In this document: one piece after another, positions 39,274 to 51,684 of the stretch
How positions within the stretch are numbered: the first letter of the stretch is position 1
How the letters are laid out: each line of letters starts with the position of its first letter
Assembly (NCBI GenBank): GCA_963759115.1
Contig: CAVWXT010000002.1
Span: forward strand, 373,557-437,556
From: an uncultured Planctomycetaceae bacterium
Lineage (GTDB): Bacteria > Planctomycetota > Planctomycetia > Pirellulales > Thermoguttaceae
DNA length: 64,000 bases
Direction of reading: 5' to 3'
Position numbers and translations under genes: made by a program
The notes under the pieces: model-generated
The model's input: the letters and a program-made list of their open reading frames with translations, nothing else
What the model was told of the DNA's origin: nothing
Database searches by the model: none

Positions 39274-40326
39274 ATGAGCGGCCAAGCGATCTCGATGCTG
39301 ATCATCATCGGCAGCGTGATCGGTCTTGTGTTGGCGTTGATCGTGGCAGCCGTCTTCGCCAGGTACTTTCGCCTGTGGATCCAGTCGGTCACCACGGGGG
39401 CGGGCATCGGCATCTTCGATCTGCTGGGCATGACTTTTCGCAAGGTCAACCCGACGGTGATCGTCCGCAGCAAGATCATGGCGGTGCAGGCGGGAATCGG
39501 CGAGGAGCAGGGCGTCACCTCGAAGGCCCTGGAGGCCCATTATCTAGCCGGCGGCAATGTCCCGCTGGTGATCCGTGCCCTGATCGCCGCCGCCAAGGCC
39601 AAGCTCGTGGACCTCAACTTCAAGCTGGCCACGGCCATCGATCTGGCCGGCCGCAACGTCCTGGAAGCCGTGCAAACGAGCGTCAATCCCAAGGTAATCG
39701 ACTGCCCCGCCCGCGGCAGCGGCAGCAAGGAATCGTTGGACGGCGTGGCCCAGAACGGCATACAATTGAAGGTGAAGGCGCGGGTGACCGTGCGGGCGAA
39801 CCTGCGGCAGTTGATCGGCGGCGCTACGGAGGAAACGATCATCGCCCGGGTGGGCGAGGGGATCGTCAGCGCCATCGGCTCGGCCAAGTCGCACCTGGAA
39901 GTGCTGGCGAACCCCGATCGCATCTCCAAAACCGTGCTCGCCCGCCGGCTCGACTCCCAAACGGCCTTCGAGATCGTCTCGATCGACATCGCCGACGTCG
40001 ACGTGGGCGAGAACATCGGGGCCCGGTTGCAAGCCGATCAGGCCGAGGCCGACGTGCGCGTCGCCCGGGCGAACGCCGAGGGCCGCCGGGCCATGGCGGT
40101 GGCGGAGGAACAGGAAATGATCGCCCAGATCGAGGAGAACCGGGCGAAGGTGGTCGAGGCCGAGGCCGAGGTGCCCAAGGCCATCGCCCACGCCTTCCAT
40201 TCGGGCAAGCTCGGACTGATGGACTACTACCGGCTCCGCAACATTCAGGCCGACACCGACATGCGGTCGTCGATCGCCAAGGCCGGCATGACCTCGGCCG
40301 GCCGAAAAACGAGTGCCACGGCATGA
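39274..40326 (+). CDS. floA: flotillin-like protein FloA (UPF0365/YqfA SPFH family)
   Basis: Collinear with B. subtilis FloA: ...[23 protein letters not shown]...[22 protein letters not shown]...[32 protein letters not shown]...[25 protein letters not shown]. Alternative start at 39181. Confidence 0.75.
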   Translation: MSGQAISMLIIIGSVIGLVLALIVAAVFARYFRLWIQSVTTGAGIGIFDLLGMTFRKVNPTVIVRSKIMAVQAGIGEEQGVTSKALEAHYLAGGNVPLVIRALIAAAKAKLVDLNFKLATAIDLAGRNVLEAVQTSVNPKVIDCPARGSGSKESLDGVAQNGIQLKVKARVTVRANLRQLIGGATEETIIARVGEGIVSAIGSAKSHLEVLANPDRISKTVLARRLDSQTAFEIVSIDIADVDVGENIGARLQADQAEADVRVARANAEGRRAMAVAEEQEMIAQIEENRAKVVEAEAEVPKAIAHAFHSGKLGLMDYYRLRNIQADTDMRSSIAKAGMTSAGRKTSATA

Positions 40327-40994
40327 ACCCCTTTGCTCCGCTACTGGCCGCCGGCGATTTCGAGATGTGGATGCGGGTGGCGTTGCCCCTGCTTATCTTC
40401 ATTGCCCTCGGGATTCGGCAACTGCTGGCCAATGTGCGGCAGGTTCGGCCGCCGGGCGGCGCGCCGCCTCAGCCGGTCCAGCCGCGGCCCGTGCCCCGCG
40501 ACGTGGCCGACGAGATTGGCGAGTTCCTGCGTCGCGCCGCAGAGCGCCGCCGCGCCTTGAACGCGCCGCCAGCCGCCGCACAGCCGCCGCAGTTGCCGCC
40601 GCTTCCGTCCGCCGAAGCGCCGGTTCAGGCCGAGGTGGTCGCCACGGCGCCCGTCGGTGGACTGGTCGCCCAGCACGTCGACAAGTATCTCGACGAGCAA
40701 GAATTCGGCCGGCGGGAGGTCGAGCTGGGCAAGGAGGTCGCCCAGGCCGATAAGGAGATCGACCAGCATCTGCGTCAGGTGTTCGAGCACCGCGTGAGCA
40801 AGTTGGAAGCGGTGCCAGGCGAAGCCGCAGCGCCGCCCGTGGCCTATGAGCCCCCGGACCTCGTCGGCACGGGGGCCGAGATCCCCGCCACGTTCGCCAC
40901 CGGCTTGCTCGACCTCGTGAGCAGCCCTGACTCGCTCCGCCAGGCGATCGTGCTCAACGAGATCCTCCATCGGCCCGAAGAGCGATGGGGATAA
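40323..40994 (+). CDS. hypothetical membrane protein (ATGA-coupled to floA)
   Basis: [35 protein letters not shown]...; Pro/Ala-rich middle, conserved C-terminal tail. Confidence 0.5.
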   Translation: MNPFAPLLAAGDFEMWMRVALPLLIFIALGIRQLLANVRQVRPPGGAPPQPVQPRPVPRDVADEIGEFLRRAAERRRALNAPPAAAQPPQLPPLPSAEAPVQAEVVATAPVGGLVAQHVDKYLDEQEFGRREVELGKEVAQADKEIDQHLRQVFEHRVSKLEAVPGEAAAPPVAYEPPDLVGTGAEIPATFATGLLDLVSSPDSLRQAIVLNEILHRPEERWG

Positions 40995-41342
40995 AGTCGC
41001 GGGGGCGAGAGTGCAACCCACGTTGGGGTGGCAGTTCTCAATCGGCTCCATTGCGACGTAACGGTACGTTCGATTGGCCGGAGATCGTTGTCGTACCCAA
41101 AGGACGTGTGCGATTGCCTTGTGTCCCATCTCCACCAGCCCACATGAAAGCTCTATTCAGGCCGCGCATCGATGGGGCCGAAGCGCCGCTCCGCTGTCCA
41201 CGGCACCTCCACTGGATACCCTCGCCAAACGTACATTCCTAATACAGCGGCCCGGCAACGGCGGCAATCGGATGCAGCCATTGCGAGCACTGCCGGCCCT
41301 GGGCGTCCCGGATAGTCGCCTTCAACACGTAGTCGCGCGGCT

Positions 41343-44107
41343 TTAGCTCCGGCAAAGCCAACGCGATCCGATTCGCCGTGAGCACGTCCTGTTGAGCCTC
41401 GGCACAGGCCGTCCCTTCGGCCGTCTCCAGCGTGGCGGTGATTGTGTGACTTCCCTGGGAGATCGACTTGTGCCCGCCACGTCAAACGTGAAGCTCAGGG
41501 TGTGCCGAGGCAACAGCACGAGGCCAGGGGCTTCCAGTCCGACGAGCGTCGGCTCCCGCAATCGCTGGACCATCGCCTCGCCTACGTCGAAGGTCAGTTG
41601 CGTGCCGTGCGGATAGTCTCCCTCGGAGACAAAGAGCTGCACGAGGCTGATCGACTTCCACGGCTCCAGGCCGCCGCCGGCCGCCTCGATCATTTCCGGC
41701 ACGGAGAACCGCAGGGGGACCCAAGTGTGCTGCCGGCGGCCCAAGTCGATGGTCTTCTCGTACAGCGGCCTTTTCAGGGCGTGCGACCGAATGACCACGC
41801 CGATGGGCGTCCGGCTGATGCCCGCCTCATCGCGGCTGGAGTCCACCCGTATCCAGAACACGAGCGACTCGTACCGGCTCAGGTCGAGTTCTCCGGCTTT
41901 GAAGCTCCGGCTGATTCTCGGCCAGCCGATCGGATACTTGCCGCCTTCCCCACCATCGTGCTCCCAGTCGACGGCAACTGTCCAGCGAAGTCCCGTCCTT
42001 CCCTCGTGCCGCGCCTTTTCGGTGGTCTCGATCTTGCCCTCGGCGGTGCCGTTGACCCAGGAAGTGAAGCCGCCGCCAAGGTCGAGGGTTTCGAGTTTCC
42101 CGGAGTTGGCGGGCTGCTCAAACGGCGAAGGAGCCTCCGTCTTGGCCGGCGGCGTAATCGTCGAGTCGATCAAGACCGACGGAGCGATTGCCTTGTTCGT
42201 GGCGGGGTACTTCAGCAACTCTTGCGTCGCGGTCGCCAGGCGCCAACGGATGGCGTGAAACTCCTCGGAAGGCCACATGCCGCCGGCTAGGTACTTGGGT
42301 TGAACGTGGATGGCGTCCCACGTCTCTTGCAGGGTCTTCCGCCCCGCGCGAACGGCTGCCTGGCAGGCCGCCGGATCGCCGGAGTCTTGGCGCTCGACGA
42401 TCGCTTGCTCCAGCGTGTAGATATAGCGGGCGTCATCGTAGCCCTCGCGGAAGCAGGACCAATACACGGCGGGAATAACCTCGCCCTCGTCGTCCATCCG
42501 CTGTCCGCAACCCGATTGCCTCCCGCCCAGATAGTCGAACGGGTCCGGCGCGGCCGTCCAGTTCCAGTTCCAGGGTATCAAGGTGGTGTAACCGCTTCGC
42601 CAGAAGCCGAAGCCATAGGTCATCCGCCCCCCTTTGCACATCGTCAAGCGATCTTTGATTTCGCCCGCGTTGTGGTTCGGGTAGCACCAGTATTCGTACC
42701 TTTTCTGGGCCGGGATTCGCTCGAAGGGGACGGAGTACGGCTGCGAGCACCAGATGTCCAGGTAGGGGGCGTAGGCAGCCGCATCCGGGGCCGCGGGGTC
42801 TTTGGTCGCATACGTTCTCACTCCGGCGGCCTTCACCGCGGCATAGACCTTTACGCCGAAGTCCCGGCACGAGGCATCGACCTCATCCATGGGACAGTAG
42901 ATGAACTCCGGCCAGCCCTTGGCCTTGCGTTGGACCTCGAACTCCCGAAACATGCTGGTGATGCGGTCGTAGAACTCTGGCGGCGGCATGGGGTCGATCT
43001 GCCAATGATTGCCGCGCTTTCCGTGAGGCGTGGTGTCGCGATAGACCCGATCGATGACCCCGTCCGCGGTCACCGGTGCCGGCCCTCGCAATCCGGCCGC
43101 CAGCATTCGCTGGATTTCGTCGGCGTGACGCACCACGATCGCGCGGCCGTCTTCGCAGCCCAGATAAAGCGTCGGCAGCATGTCCAGGCCGAAGTCCACC
43201 ATGGCTCGATAGTCGTTGTCGGCAGCCCGGCGGACGAAGGCCTCGCTCCGCCCTTGGTAGAAAGACTTATTCCTCACGTAGAAATAGGTCGAGTAGTGCT
43301 TGGCGGGGTCTTTGGTCAAACGGAAGCCCAAGACCCGGAGGGCAATCGGGATGCTGAGCGCGCGGTCGAACCCCTCGTCCCATAGCATCACGGTTCCCTG
43401 GTAGAGGCCCGGCTTAGCGTCTTCGGGGACGTGGATGGTCAGCCAGTATCGTTGGCACTCGCCGGCCGGGGAGGAGTTGACCGTCACGCGCTCGAGGAGT
43501 TCCGGCGTACGTCGATACGTCTTGACGGTCGTGTAGGACGGGTAGCCGACGTTCCAATAGGTGGCCAATCGCACGTCAACCCGCTCGGCGGGAATCTCCC
43601 CCGCGGGGCACTTGAGCGACGATGCCCGGATCTTCAGGTTCACCAAAGGACGCACCGGATAGAGGGCCAGGTTGACCGACTCAAATTGGCCCGGTGCGGC
43701 GAATGCGACCAGCGCCTCCAGCCGTTCGTCCGCCGACGGACGGGTGCTGGGATAGACGGGTTCCACGGCGGAACGAGTAAACAGCAGGTATCCCCGTTGC
43801 TTCTCGGCGGCCGTCAGCACGGGCTCGGGCGCCGTCTCCACGTAGGGAAGCTCCGTAGCGCCCGCCGGCACCGTGGGCTGAGCGTGTGGCGCCGCTCCGG
43901 GACGCCATCGACCGGCTTCACAGTGAGCTTGGGTGGCGGCAATTCCGCGGGCGATGCCCCACGCTCAACCTCGTCTACGGACTTCCCATCCATCGCTCGC
44001 GGCAGCGGTCCTCGCGGCGCCGGCTGACTGCCCTTAGCCGCCGTTGCCGTGCCGACCAGCACGAGAGAAACGATGATGGCACTTGTGAGTGGCCCGTGAC
44101 GGTGCAT
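41343..44107 (-). CDS. large secreted glycoside-hydrolase-like protein (DUF4091-type), frameshift at about 43880 between the signal peptide and the body
   Basis: Signal peptide MHRHGPLTSAIIVSLVLVGTATA in the 43814..44107 frame; body 41343..43871 (842 aa). Confidence 0.5.
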
Positions 44108-44566
44108 GGTATCAACTCCTTACGCAGGGTTGGTTACTCGGCTCCTGTTTTTCCGCCAACACGAGACGACTGTTCGCCGGCGGGGCGATGCGGCCAGCGA
44201 GACTGTCTCCGCGCCCAGATCTCGGAAAGGTCCCAGCCAGCGGAGGAAGATGGGCCGTGCCGCCTCGTCGCCTTGCAGGTAGATGCCGCGGAACTTGTCC
44301 GCCCTCAATGTAGTGGGTTGCCGCCACATGTCAAGAATCGTTCCATTCTACCTCCACGGTCAGGCCCAGCAGGACCTCGCCGCGGGCGAGTACGATCTCA
44401 CACGGCTGTTGAGCACCGTGGACATCCGCGGCGAGCAAGGCCAAGCCCGCTACCTCCGCGATTTTCTTACGGCCGTCTTCAGCCATCCGGCCGCCGATGC
44501 CATCGTGCCGAGGCCCTCGACTTTCGGTAGAATGGATGGCGAAAATTGACCCCAAGGAGGTGAGCT

Positions 44567-45527
44567 ATGCGGACCCATAAGTCTCACGCCACCGTTGCGG
44601 GAACCCTGTCGGGACTTGACCCCGCCTATCTCATGGCAAAGGAGAAGCTGGCGGCGGGCAAGGCCGCTCGACGGCCCATCGCCCGGCGGCCGTACGGGCG
44701 GACCAAGGAACGGCTTTCGATCATCGGCTTCGGCGGCATGGTGGTGAAGGACGTGACGCCCAAGGAGGCGGCCAATTACGTGGCCGAGGCCGTGGATCGG
44801 GGGGTGAACTATTTCGACGTGGCCCCCTTCTACGGCAACGCCCAGCGGCGACTCGGCCCGGCGCTCAAACCCTATCGCGCCAACAGCTTCCTGGCCTGCA
44901 AGACCCTGGAACGGGATGCCGCCGGTTTCGGCGAAGGAACTTCGAGAGTCGCTCAAATTGCTGCGAACCGACTACTTCGACCTGTACCAGCTTCACGCGC
45001 TTTGCGACGTGGAAGAGGTCGAACAGGCCTTCGGCCCCGGCGGAGCGATGGAGACGCTCGTGAAGGCCAAGCAGGAGGGCACGGTGCGGTATCTCGGTTT
45101 CTCGGCGCACAGCGAGGAGGCGGCCCACGCGGCTCTCGCTCGCTTCGACTTCGATTCGATCCTGTTCCCCTTGAGTTTTCCCATCTGGTTCAAGACAGAC
45201 TTCGGTCCGTCCGTCTACAAACGGGCGAAGAAAGCGGGCATGGGCATTATGGCCCTCAAGGCGATGGCCCATCGGCAGTGGCCCAAAGGCAAGCCGCACC
45301 GCTGGAAGAAGACGTTCTATGAGCCTTTCGACGAGATCGACCGGGCCGCCTTGGGGCTGCGCTTCACGCTTCACCTGCCCGTCAACGCCATGTTTCCGCC
45401 GGGTCATTGGGAGCTGTTCCAGATGGCCCTGGGATTGGCCCAGGCAGGCGCACTTACGCCGTTGAGCGCGAAGGAGCGGACGCTCATCAAGCAGATCGCC
45501 GAGGATTCCGACCCGATCTTCCCGTAA
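44567..45527 (+). CDS. aldo/keto reductase, frameshift near 44925
   Basis: ERLSIIGFGGMVV...GVNYFDVAPFYGNAQRRLG in frame 1; LRTDYFDLYQLHAL...VRYLGFSAHSEE in frame 2; AAGGAGG RBS. Confidence 0.7.
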
Positions 45528-45546
45528 CCGTGTAACGCAGCGAAAT

Positions 45547-45655
45547 TGTTGGGTGGCACGGGCAGCTTGGCTGCCCGTGTCGGGTGGTGCAGGCACTTTG
45601 TCCCTCCTCTCGCCTCACGGGCAGACAAGCTGCCCGTGCCACCCAACCCAACAAT
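45547..45655. repeat. family-I nested palindrome (TTGGGTGG-CACGGGCAGC..GCTGCCCGTG ... CACGGGCAG..CTGCCCGTG-CCACCCAA)
   Basis: 22-bp perfect inverted arms, each arm itself a hairpin. Confidence 0.55.
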
Positions 45656-45796
45656 GCGTGTCAGAATACTGTCCGGCGAGGCATCGCGTGCGGAAGAGGC
45701 GACGGCCGGGCGACTGGACGCGGCGGGCGCACCGCGGTACGATGGCTGCTTTCAGCAACCCGTGTTCGTTGGCTCACTGTTCGAAGGAGGATTCTA

Positions 45797-46767
45797 TCGT
45801 GCGCACACTCGACTGGGTCCTGGCGGCGATTGTCGCGGGCGTGGTTTTTGGCGGCGAACTGAGCCGGGTCGGACAGTCGGCGGCCAGCGGCGCCGAGGCA
45901 ACGCCGACCGTTGTCGCGGCCAAACGCCCCGACGACGGCAAACTGCGGGTCATCGTCTTCGGGGCCCACCCGGACGACTGCGAGATCCGCGCCGGCGGCG
46001 CCGCCGCGATGTGGGCCGCCCAAGGGCACCACGTGAAACTCGTCTCCGTCACCAACGGCGACGTGGGCCATTATCGCATGTCGGGCGTGGCGTTGGCCCA
46101 GCGCCGCAATGCCGAAGTCCAGGCGGCCGCCAAAATCCTCGGCACCACCACCCAGGTGCTCGACATCCACGACGGCGAACTCATGCCGACGCTGGAGAAC
46201 CGCCGTACGATCACGCGGTTGATCCGCGACTGGAAGGCCGACGTTGTCATCGCCCACCGGCCCAACGACTATCATCCCGACCACCGCTACGTGGGCGTGC
46301 TCATGCAGGATTCGGCTTACATGGTGACGGTGCCCTTCTTCTGCCCCGACACGCCTTACCTCCGCGATAATCCCGTGTTCCTCTACTCGGCGGACAATTT
46401 CCAGCGGCCGAATCCCTTCCGCCCCGACATCGTCGTGGCGATCGACAGCGTGATCGACAAGAAGGTTGACGCCCTGGTGGGCCTGGAGTCGCAGTTCGTC
46501 GAGGGCGGGGCCAACGGGTATGCGATCTCGTTGCCCGACAACGATCCCGCCGCACGGGACGCCCGGCGCAAGCAGGTGCGAGAGAATTTTCAAGCCCGCT
46601 TCGCGGAGACGGCCGACCGCTACCGCGCCAAGCTCGTCGAACTATACGGAGAGGAGCAGGGGAAGAAGGTTCGCTACGCCGAGGCGTTCGAGATCTGCGA
46701 ATACGGGCGTCGCCCCAACGCCGACGAGGTGCGACGACTCTTCCCATTCTTCCCCAAGAGCAATTGA
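45797..46767 (+). CDS. PIG-L/LmbE-family deacetylase (second copy), GTG start
   Basis: GAHPDDCEIRAGG...HRPNDYHPDHRY; AAGGAGG 8 nt upstream of the GTG; signal-like N-terminus VRTLDWVLAAIVAGVVFG. Confidence 0.7.
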
Positions 46768-46896
46768 ACGACGCACCGCTTTCAAGAAGTGTGCCACTGC
46801 TCCGCAGGAGCAGTGCCCGGCGGGATCTGGCCCTGGGTCTTGGGTCTTGGTGCGAAGGCCAAAGACCCAAGACCCAAGGCCGAAGAGCTAAAATCC

Positions 46897-49800
46897 TCAC
46901 TTCCGCTGCTCGCCGGCGACGCCCTTGGTGTACTCGCGGAACTGCTCGGCGAAATCCGGCGGCGGGGGCGACTGGCCGCCATCGTGGAGATTCTGAAGCT
47001 TGTCGCGTTGCACTTCGCCCAGGGCCAGTCCCGTGCCGCGGGGGCGGAGGCCGAGGCTCTTCAGCGCGTCGTTGAACTGCCTTCTCGCGGCGTCGCCTAC
47101 GGGCCCCTTCTGCGCCGCGGATTGCCTCATCTTCTCCCAGTGTTCGAGGAACTTTCGCGCGTCTTCCTTGGTCCATCCGAGTCGTTCCAACAGCGCGGGC
47201 TTCTCCTTGGCCAGTTGATCGCGGAGGTGCTCCAGGGCCAACTCGGTCTGCTGGCGGCTGTACTCGCCATTTGCGTCATCGGCCGCGTCGTCGACGGGCT
47301 CCGGCGGCGGTGACGCCTGGGGGCGTTCGCGGGCCTTGCTGCCAGGCGTCGGATTGCCCGTGCCGCGGGCGGCCGGGCCCTCGGAGGTCTGCTGGCCCGG
47401 CGTGCCGCCATTGGCCGGCTTCTCTTGCGGCGCCGCCCTCCGCGGAGTCGTCTTGCGACGACGGTTTCTCGGCGGCTTCTTTGCCGTCGGCCTGTTTCTT
47501 CTCGCCGGTTCCGCCGCCCTTCCCGGCGGGCGTTTTCGCCGTGCTGCCGGTGGGCTGTTTCGAAGCGGCTTTGTCGCCGGCCTTGCTGCCGATTTCGCCT
47601 TGGCCCGGTTCATCGGCCTTTGAGCCGCCTTGGTCGGCAGGGGTCTGCGTGCCGGGGCCGCCGATGCCCTTCTGATTGGTCTGTTGACCGCCGCCCTCCT
47701 GGCCCCCGCCGGAGCGGTCGCCGGCGGTGTCGCCCCGCGAATCCGACTGATTCTTGCTCGTGCTGGGCGACTGAGGTTGCTCGCCTTTCCGCTCGCCCGG
47801 CGCCGAGCCCGACTCGCCGGGCTTCTTCTCACGCGGCTGGTTGTCTCCCTGCGGCATTGGAGCGGCGGCATTATCGCCGGTCTTCTGGCCGGCGCCGGGC
47901 GATTGCTTGGCGATGGGCTGTTGTTCGCCCGGCTTCTTATCGCTGGGTGCCTGATTGTCGGCGGGCTGCTCTTGCTTCTGCCCATCCGCCTTCGAGCCTG
48001 AGTTCTCCGCACCAGCCTTTTCCGCGCCAGCCTTCTCAGCACCGGCCTTCTCAGCACTCGCCTTCTGATCGCCGCCAGCCTTTTGATCGCCGCCGGCCTT
48101 CTGATCGCCGCCAGACTTCTGATCGCCGCCGGCCTTCTGATCGCCGCCAGACTTCTGATCGCCGCCGGCCTTCTGATCGCCACCAGACTTCTGATCGCCA
48201 CCAGACTTCTGATCGCCACCAGACTTCTGATCGCCACCAGACTTCTGATCGCCGCCAGACTTCTGATCGCCGCCAGACTTCTGATCGCCACCAGACTTCT
48301 GATCGCCGCCAGACTTCTGATCGCCACCCGCCTTCTGATCGCCACCCGCCTTCTGATCGCCACCCGCCTTCTGATCGCCACCCGCCTTCTGATCGCCACC
48401 GGCCTTCTGATCGCCGCCAGCCTTCTGATCGCCGCCGGACTTCTGATCGCCACCAGCCTTTTGATCTCCGGACTTCTGATCCCCCGCCTTCTGATCGCCA
48501 GACTTATCGGCACCCGACGGCGGTTGGTTGCCCTGCTGGTTGTCGGAGGTGGATTGCTCGGTCTTCGACTGCTTTTGCTGTTCCTGTTGGCGATCCTTGA
48601 TGATTTCCTGCATGGCGTCGCCGTCGTTGACGCCCGGCTCGATGCGCTCGTTGGGCTTCTCCGACGGTTCATTGCCCTGTTGTCCGCCGGACGTTTGTTC
48701 GGGACCTTGTTGCTTGCCCTTGTCTTGGCCCGATTTGCCAGACTCCGACTTGCCGCCGTCCTGGCCGGACTTGGCGGAATCCGATTGGCCGCCATTCTTC
48801 CCGGCGTTTTGGCCGCCCTGGGAGGAATCGGACTGTCCCTTGGTCCCACCCTTGCCAGGTTCCTCTTGGCGCTGCTGGTCCGGTTGGCCCTCTTTGGGCG
48901 GTTGCTCCTCGGGGGGCTGCTGCCTGTTCGCTAAAATGTCTTTCGGCCGTTCCTGCGATGGTCGCTCCGGGCTAGCCTGTTCGTTCGGCGGTTGTCCCTT
49001 GTTGGGCTGTGCCTGATCGCCCTGCGCTCCCTCGGGCGTCTTCTTTGGTTGCCGAGGGCCATCGGAAACAACCACGGTGATCCACTGCCTTTCGGTGGCG
49101 GAATGGCCCGCCGTTGGCTCCTTGTTGTCATCCGCCTCGGCCCAATACGGCACGCGGTCGCCGGCCTTCAGCCCCAACTTGGCAGGTTCCAACGTGTACG
49201 CCGCTGCGAATTCACCGGGCCACGCCTTCTCCGGTTTCTTCTTGTCCAACAGCGGGGTATTGAGCACGCTCCGGCCGTCGCGTTCGGCCCGCAAGGTCAC
49301 GCGCCGCAACGCAAAATCCGGGTCCTCTGCCCGCACGCCGATGGTGAGCTTGCCATTTTCCGGCACCTGCACCTCTGCCTTCTGCGGCTCGGTCAGTCGC
49401 ACGTCCGGCGGCAAGTCGCGGATCACGTCGATGTGGTAGCGGATCGGGTGGGTATTGTCGCGGCCGTGGGTGTCGGTGAAGCGAAGCTGGTACGAATCGT
49501 AGGCGGCGCCGGCGGCGTCCTTGGCACTCGCCCGCAAAGTGATGCGGCCGATGGCCGTGGCGCCGTCAACGGTCATTCCCAGGCCGCGGCGGCCGGTGCA
49601 ACCGACGTCGATCTCCGCCGTGCCGGGTTTGATGTTGGTGTTGGCGGTCGCATAAAGCGTGACTTCGGTCCCTTCGATCGCCCGCAAATCGCCCTGCCGT
49701 TGGACCGTTTGGTCGGCGATGCCCGTGTAAGCCGGGTAGCGGTACGAAACCTTGTCGACCACGATGGCGGGCGCGATCTGCGCATCGATGCGGTAACGGC

Positions 49801-50698
49801 GGGTGCGATAGTCGCCGGCGGTCAGATAGTATTCGCAGTCCTGCTGCAAGCCCAGGTTGCCCGGCGGAAAACGGCATTGATAGCGATACTCGCCAGGGGA
49901 CCGCGTCAGAGGAATCATCTGATCGATGGTCTGGCCATCGGCCGTGCTGTAGATCAACAGGGGCGACTCGCCCTCGCGCAGGCCGGTCACCTCGGCCGAG
50001 ACGGGAATCGAATCGCCGAGGAAGGCGGGGGCATCGCCCGGCTGCACGTCGCGGATCGTGACTCGGGTGGGCGCTTCGACCGACGACCACGGGAAAAGCA
50101 CCCGGATGGCCGAGCGGATCGGGTTCTTGGGCGAGATCGCCAGGTACAGAATGGACACGGCCAGCAATCCCAACAGGATGCAGCCCAGCCGGACTACATG
50201 CGCTCGGTCTACCGCTGTGTCGATGGGCACTCGGGAGATGTCGGCAGCGGCGCGGTACTCCACCGCCCGATACACGGGCGGCGCGATTTCCTGGCGTCGC
50301 CCCCGGAGCAGCAGGAAATTGACGAGGCTGTTCTTCAGCGTGGGCTGGCTCTTTTCGATGGTGGCCGCGGCGAAGATTGGATTGATCCGACGGACCAACG
50401 GCCGCCACAGGTGCGCGGCGAAGTAGGTTCCGGCCGTGACCACGAGCACCAGCCACAGCACCAACCGCCCCCAGAACCCCAGCCCGCCCGTGATGAGCCA
50501 GTGGTCGATCGTCGCAGCCGCCAGCAAATAGGCCAGCACTCCGATCGCAAGCGTGATGAACCCCCCGACGATGTCCACCGATTTGACATGGTGACGAGTC
50601 TTCTCGAGCCGCCGATCAATGACAACCTCGTACTCGGTCCGCGGCGCGGCCACGTCTTCTGGCGGCAATGATGGAGGGGGTCCAATTCCACTCGACAT
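46897..50698 (-). CDS. large membrane protein (about 1270 aa) with N-terminal TM helices, beta-rich ectodomain, about 30 tandem GGDQK(A/S) repeats and a conserved C-terminal domain; one frameshift near 47350
   Basis: MSSGIGPP..., TM segments, then (GGDQKA/GGDQKS) x about 30 encoded by 15-bp repeats; C-terminus ...EYSRQQTELALEHLRDQLAKEKPALLERLGWTKEDARKFLEHWEKMRQS in the 46897..48849 frame. Confidence 0.6.
48008..48505. repeat. 15-bp tandem repeat array (GCCTTCTGATCGCC[AG]CC[AG]), about 30 units, coding
   Basis: Perfect or near-perfect 15-mers; Ala/Ser alternation comes from a single-nucleotide variation. Confidence 0.85.
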
Positions 50699-50785
50699 AG
50701 GGGGTGCTCCGGGCACTTTCACGGCTCTCTCTGTATTATAGACGCGATTGGGCCTGCGAGGTTCCCCTCGCCGCGCATTTCCGCG

Positions 50786-51511
50786 TCAGCTTGCCCTCGC
50801 GGGCCGGCACATCTCGGCGAACCGCCCGAAAATCTGCCTCGCCAGTGCCTGTAGCGGCGGCAATTCTTGCGGCGTTTGCCGGCGAATCCTGTCCGGGTCG
50901 ATGTAGTCCAGGTGGGCCATTTCGCCGCCGTTCTCAGAATCGGCCAACCAGGTATCGATCATGGCGGCTGTCATCTCGACGTGGAATTGCAGCCCGTACG
51001 CACTCGGGCCGTAGCGAAACGCCTGGTTCTCACACAGCGGGCTGCGGGCCAGGTGGACCGCCCCATGCGGCAGGTCGAACGTGTCGCCGTGCCACTGAAA
51101 GACCGTTCTCGTGCCGGTCTGGGCCAGCAGCGGATCGTCGGCCGCTGCCGGCGTCATTTCAATCGAATACCAGCCGATCTCCTTGAAATCGGCCGGGTAC
51201 ACCCGCGATCCCAGCGCCTTTGCCAACAATTGCGCCCCCAGGCAGATCCCCAGCGTGGGCACTCGGTTTTCGACCGCCTGTCGAATCCAAGACACTTCGG
51301 GGCCGAGGAATGGATATCGGTCGACCTCGTCGACGTTCATCGGCCCGCCGAGGATCACCAGTCCCGCGGCCCGATCAAGCGGCAGTCGAGCGGGGATCTC
51401 CTGGTACAGGTCGACGTAGCGATAGGCCAGTCCCGCGGCGTCGATCACGGTTTCGAGTGTTCCCCCCGATTCATGAGCGGCCTGGCGAAGGATGACGATG
51501 GTGTTTTTCAT
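50786..51511 (-). CDS. class I glutamine amidotransferase-like protein
   Basis: MKNTIVILRQAAHESGGTLE...GLVILGGPMNVDE...PTLGICLGAQLLAKALG (Cys nucleophile context). Confidence 0.7.
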   Translation of the reverse strand: MKNTIVILRQAAHESGGTLETVIDAAGLAYRYVDLYQEIPARLPLDRAAGLVILGGPMNVDEVDRYPFLGPEVSWIRQAVENRVPTLGICLGAQLLAKALGSRVYPADFKEIGWYSIEMTPAAADDPLLAQTGTRTVFQWHGDTFDLPHGAVHLARSPLCENQAFRYGPSAYGLQFHVEMTAAMIDTWLADSENGGEMAHLDYIDPDRIRRQTPQELPPLQALARQIFGRFAEMCRPARAS

Positions 51512-51596
51512 AGGCGCTCCCGTCCCGTGCGGTGTATCATATCCGTCAAGCAAAGCGGCGGCAGTCCCCTTTTCCCGGTTATCCCGGTTTGCTAGG

Positions 51597-51684
51597 CTGT
51601 AGACGCGGCATCTTGCCGCGTCATGCCTATTTTAGGAACAACGAACCGTTTCGAGATAATGCGGCAAGATGCCGCGTCTACTTA
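51597..51684. repeat. family-C MITE-like element (copy 2)
   Basis: GTAGACGCGGCATCTTGCCGCG ... GCGGCAAGATGCCGCGTCTAC. Confidence 0.55.

Noticed and set aside
39375-40994. 539-aa plus-strand ORF spanning floA
   Set aside because: Its first two-thirds is an Arg/Gly-rich out-of-frame reading across floA. Only the last 223 codons (40323..40994, own ATG, hydrophobic N-terminus) look genuine.
48008-48505. Possible CRISPR array
   Set aside because: The 15-bp units are directly abutting with no spacers, inside a continuous ORF. It is a coding tandem repeat, not a CRISPR array.
47425-48934. Plus-strand ORFs encoding PSDRR... and LLIAARLLIA... repeats
   Set aside because: These are alternative-frame or antisense readings of the 15-bp tandem array. 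The minus-strand GGDQK(A/S) frame is contiguous with conserved flanking domains.
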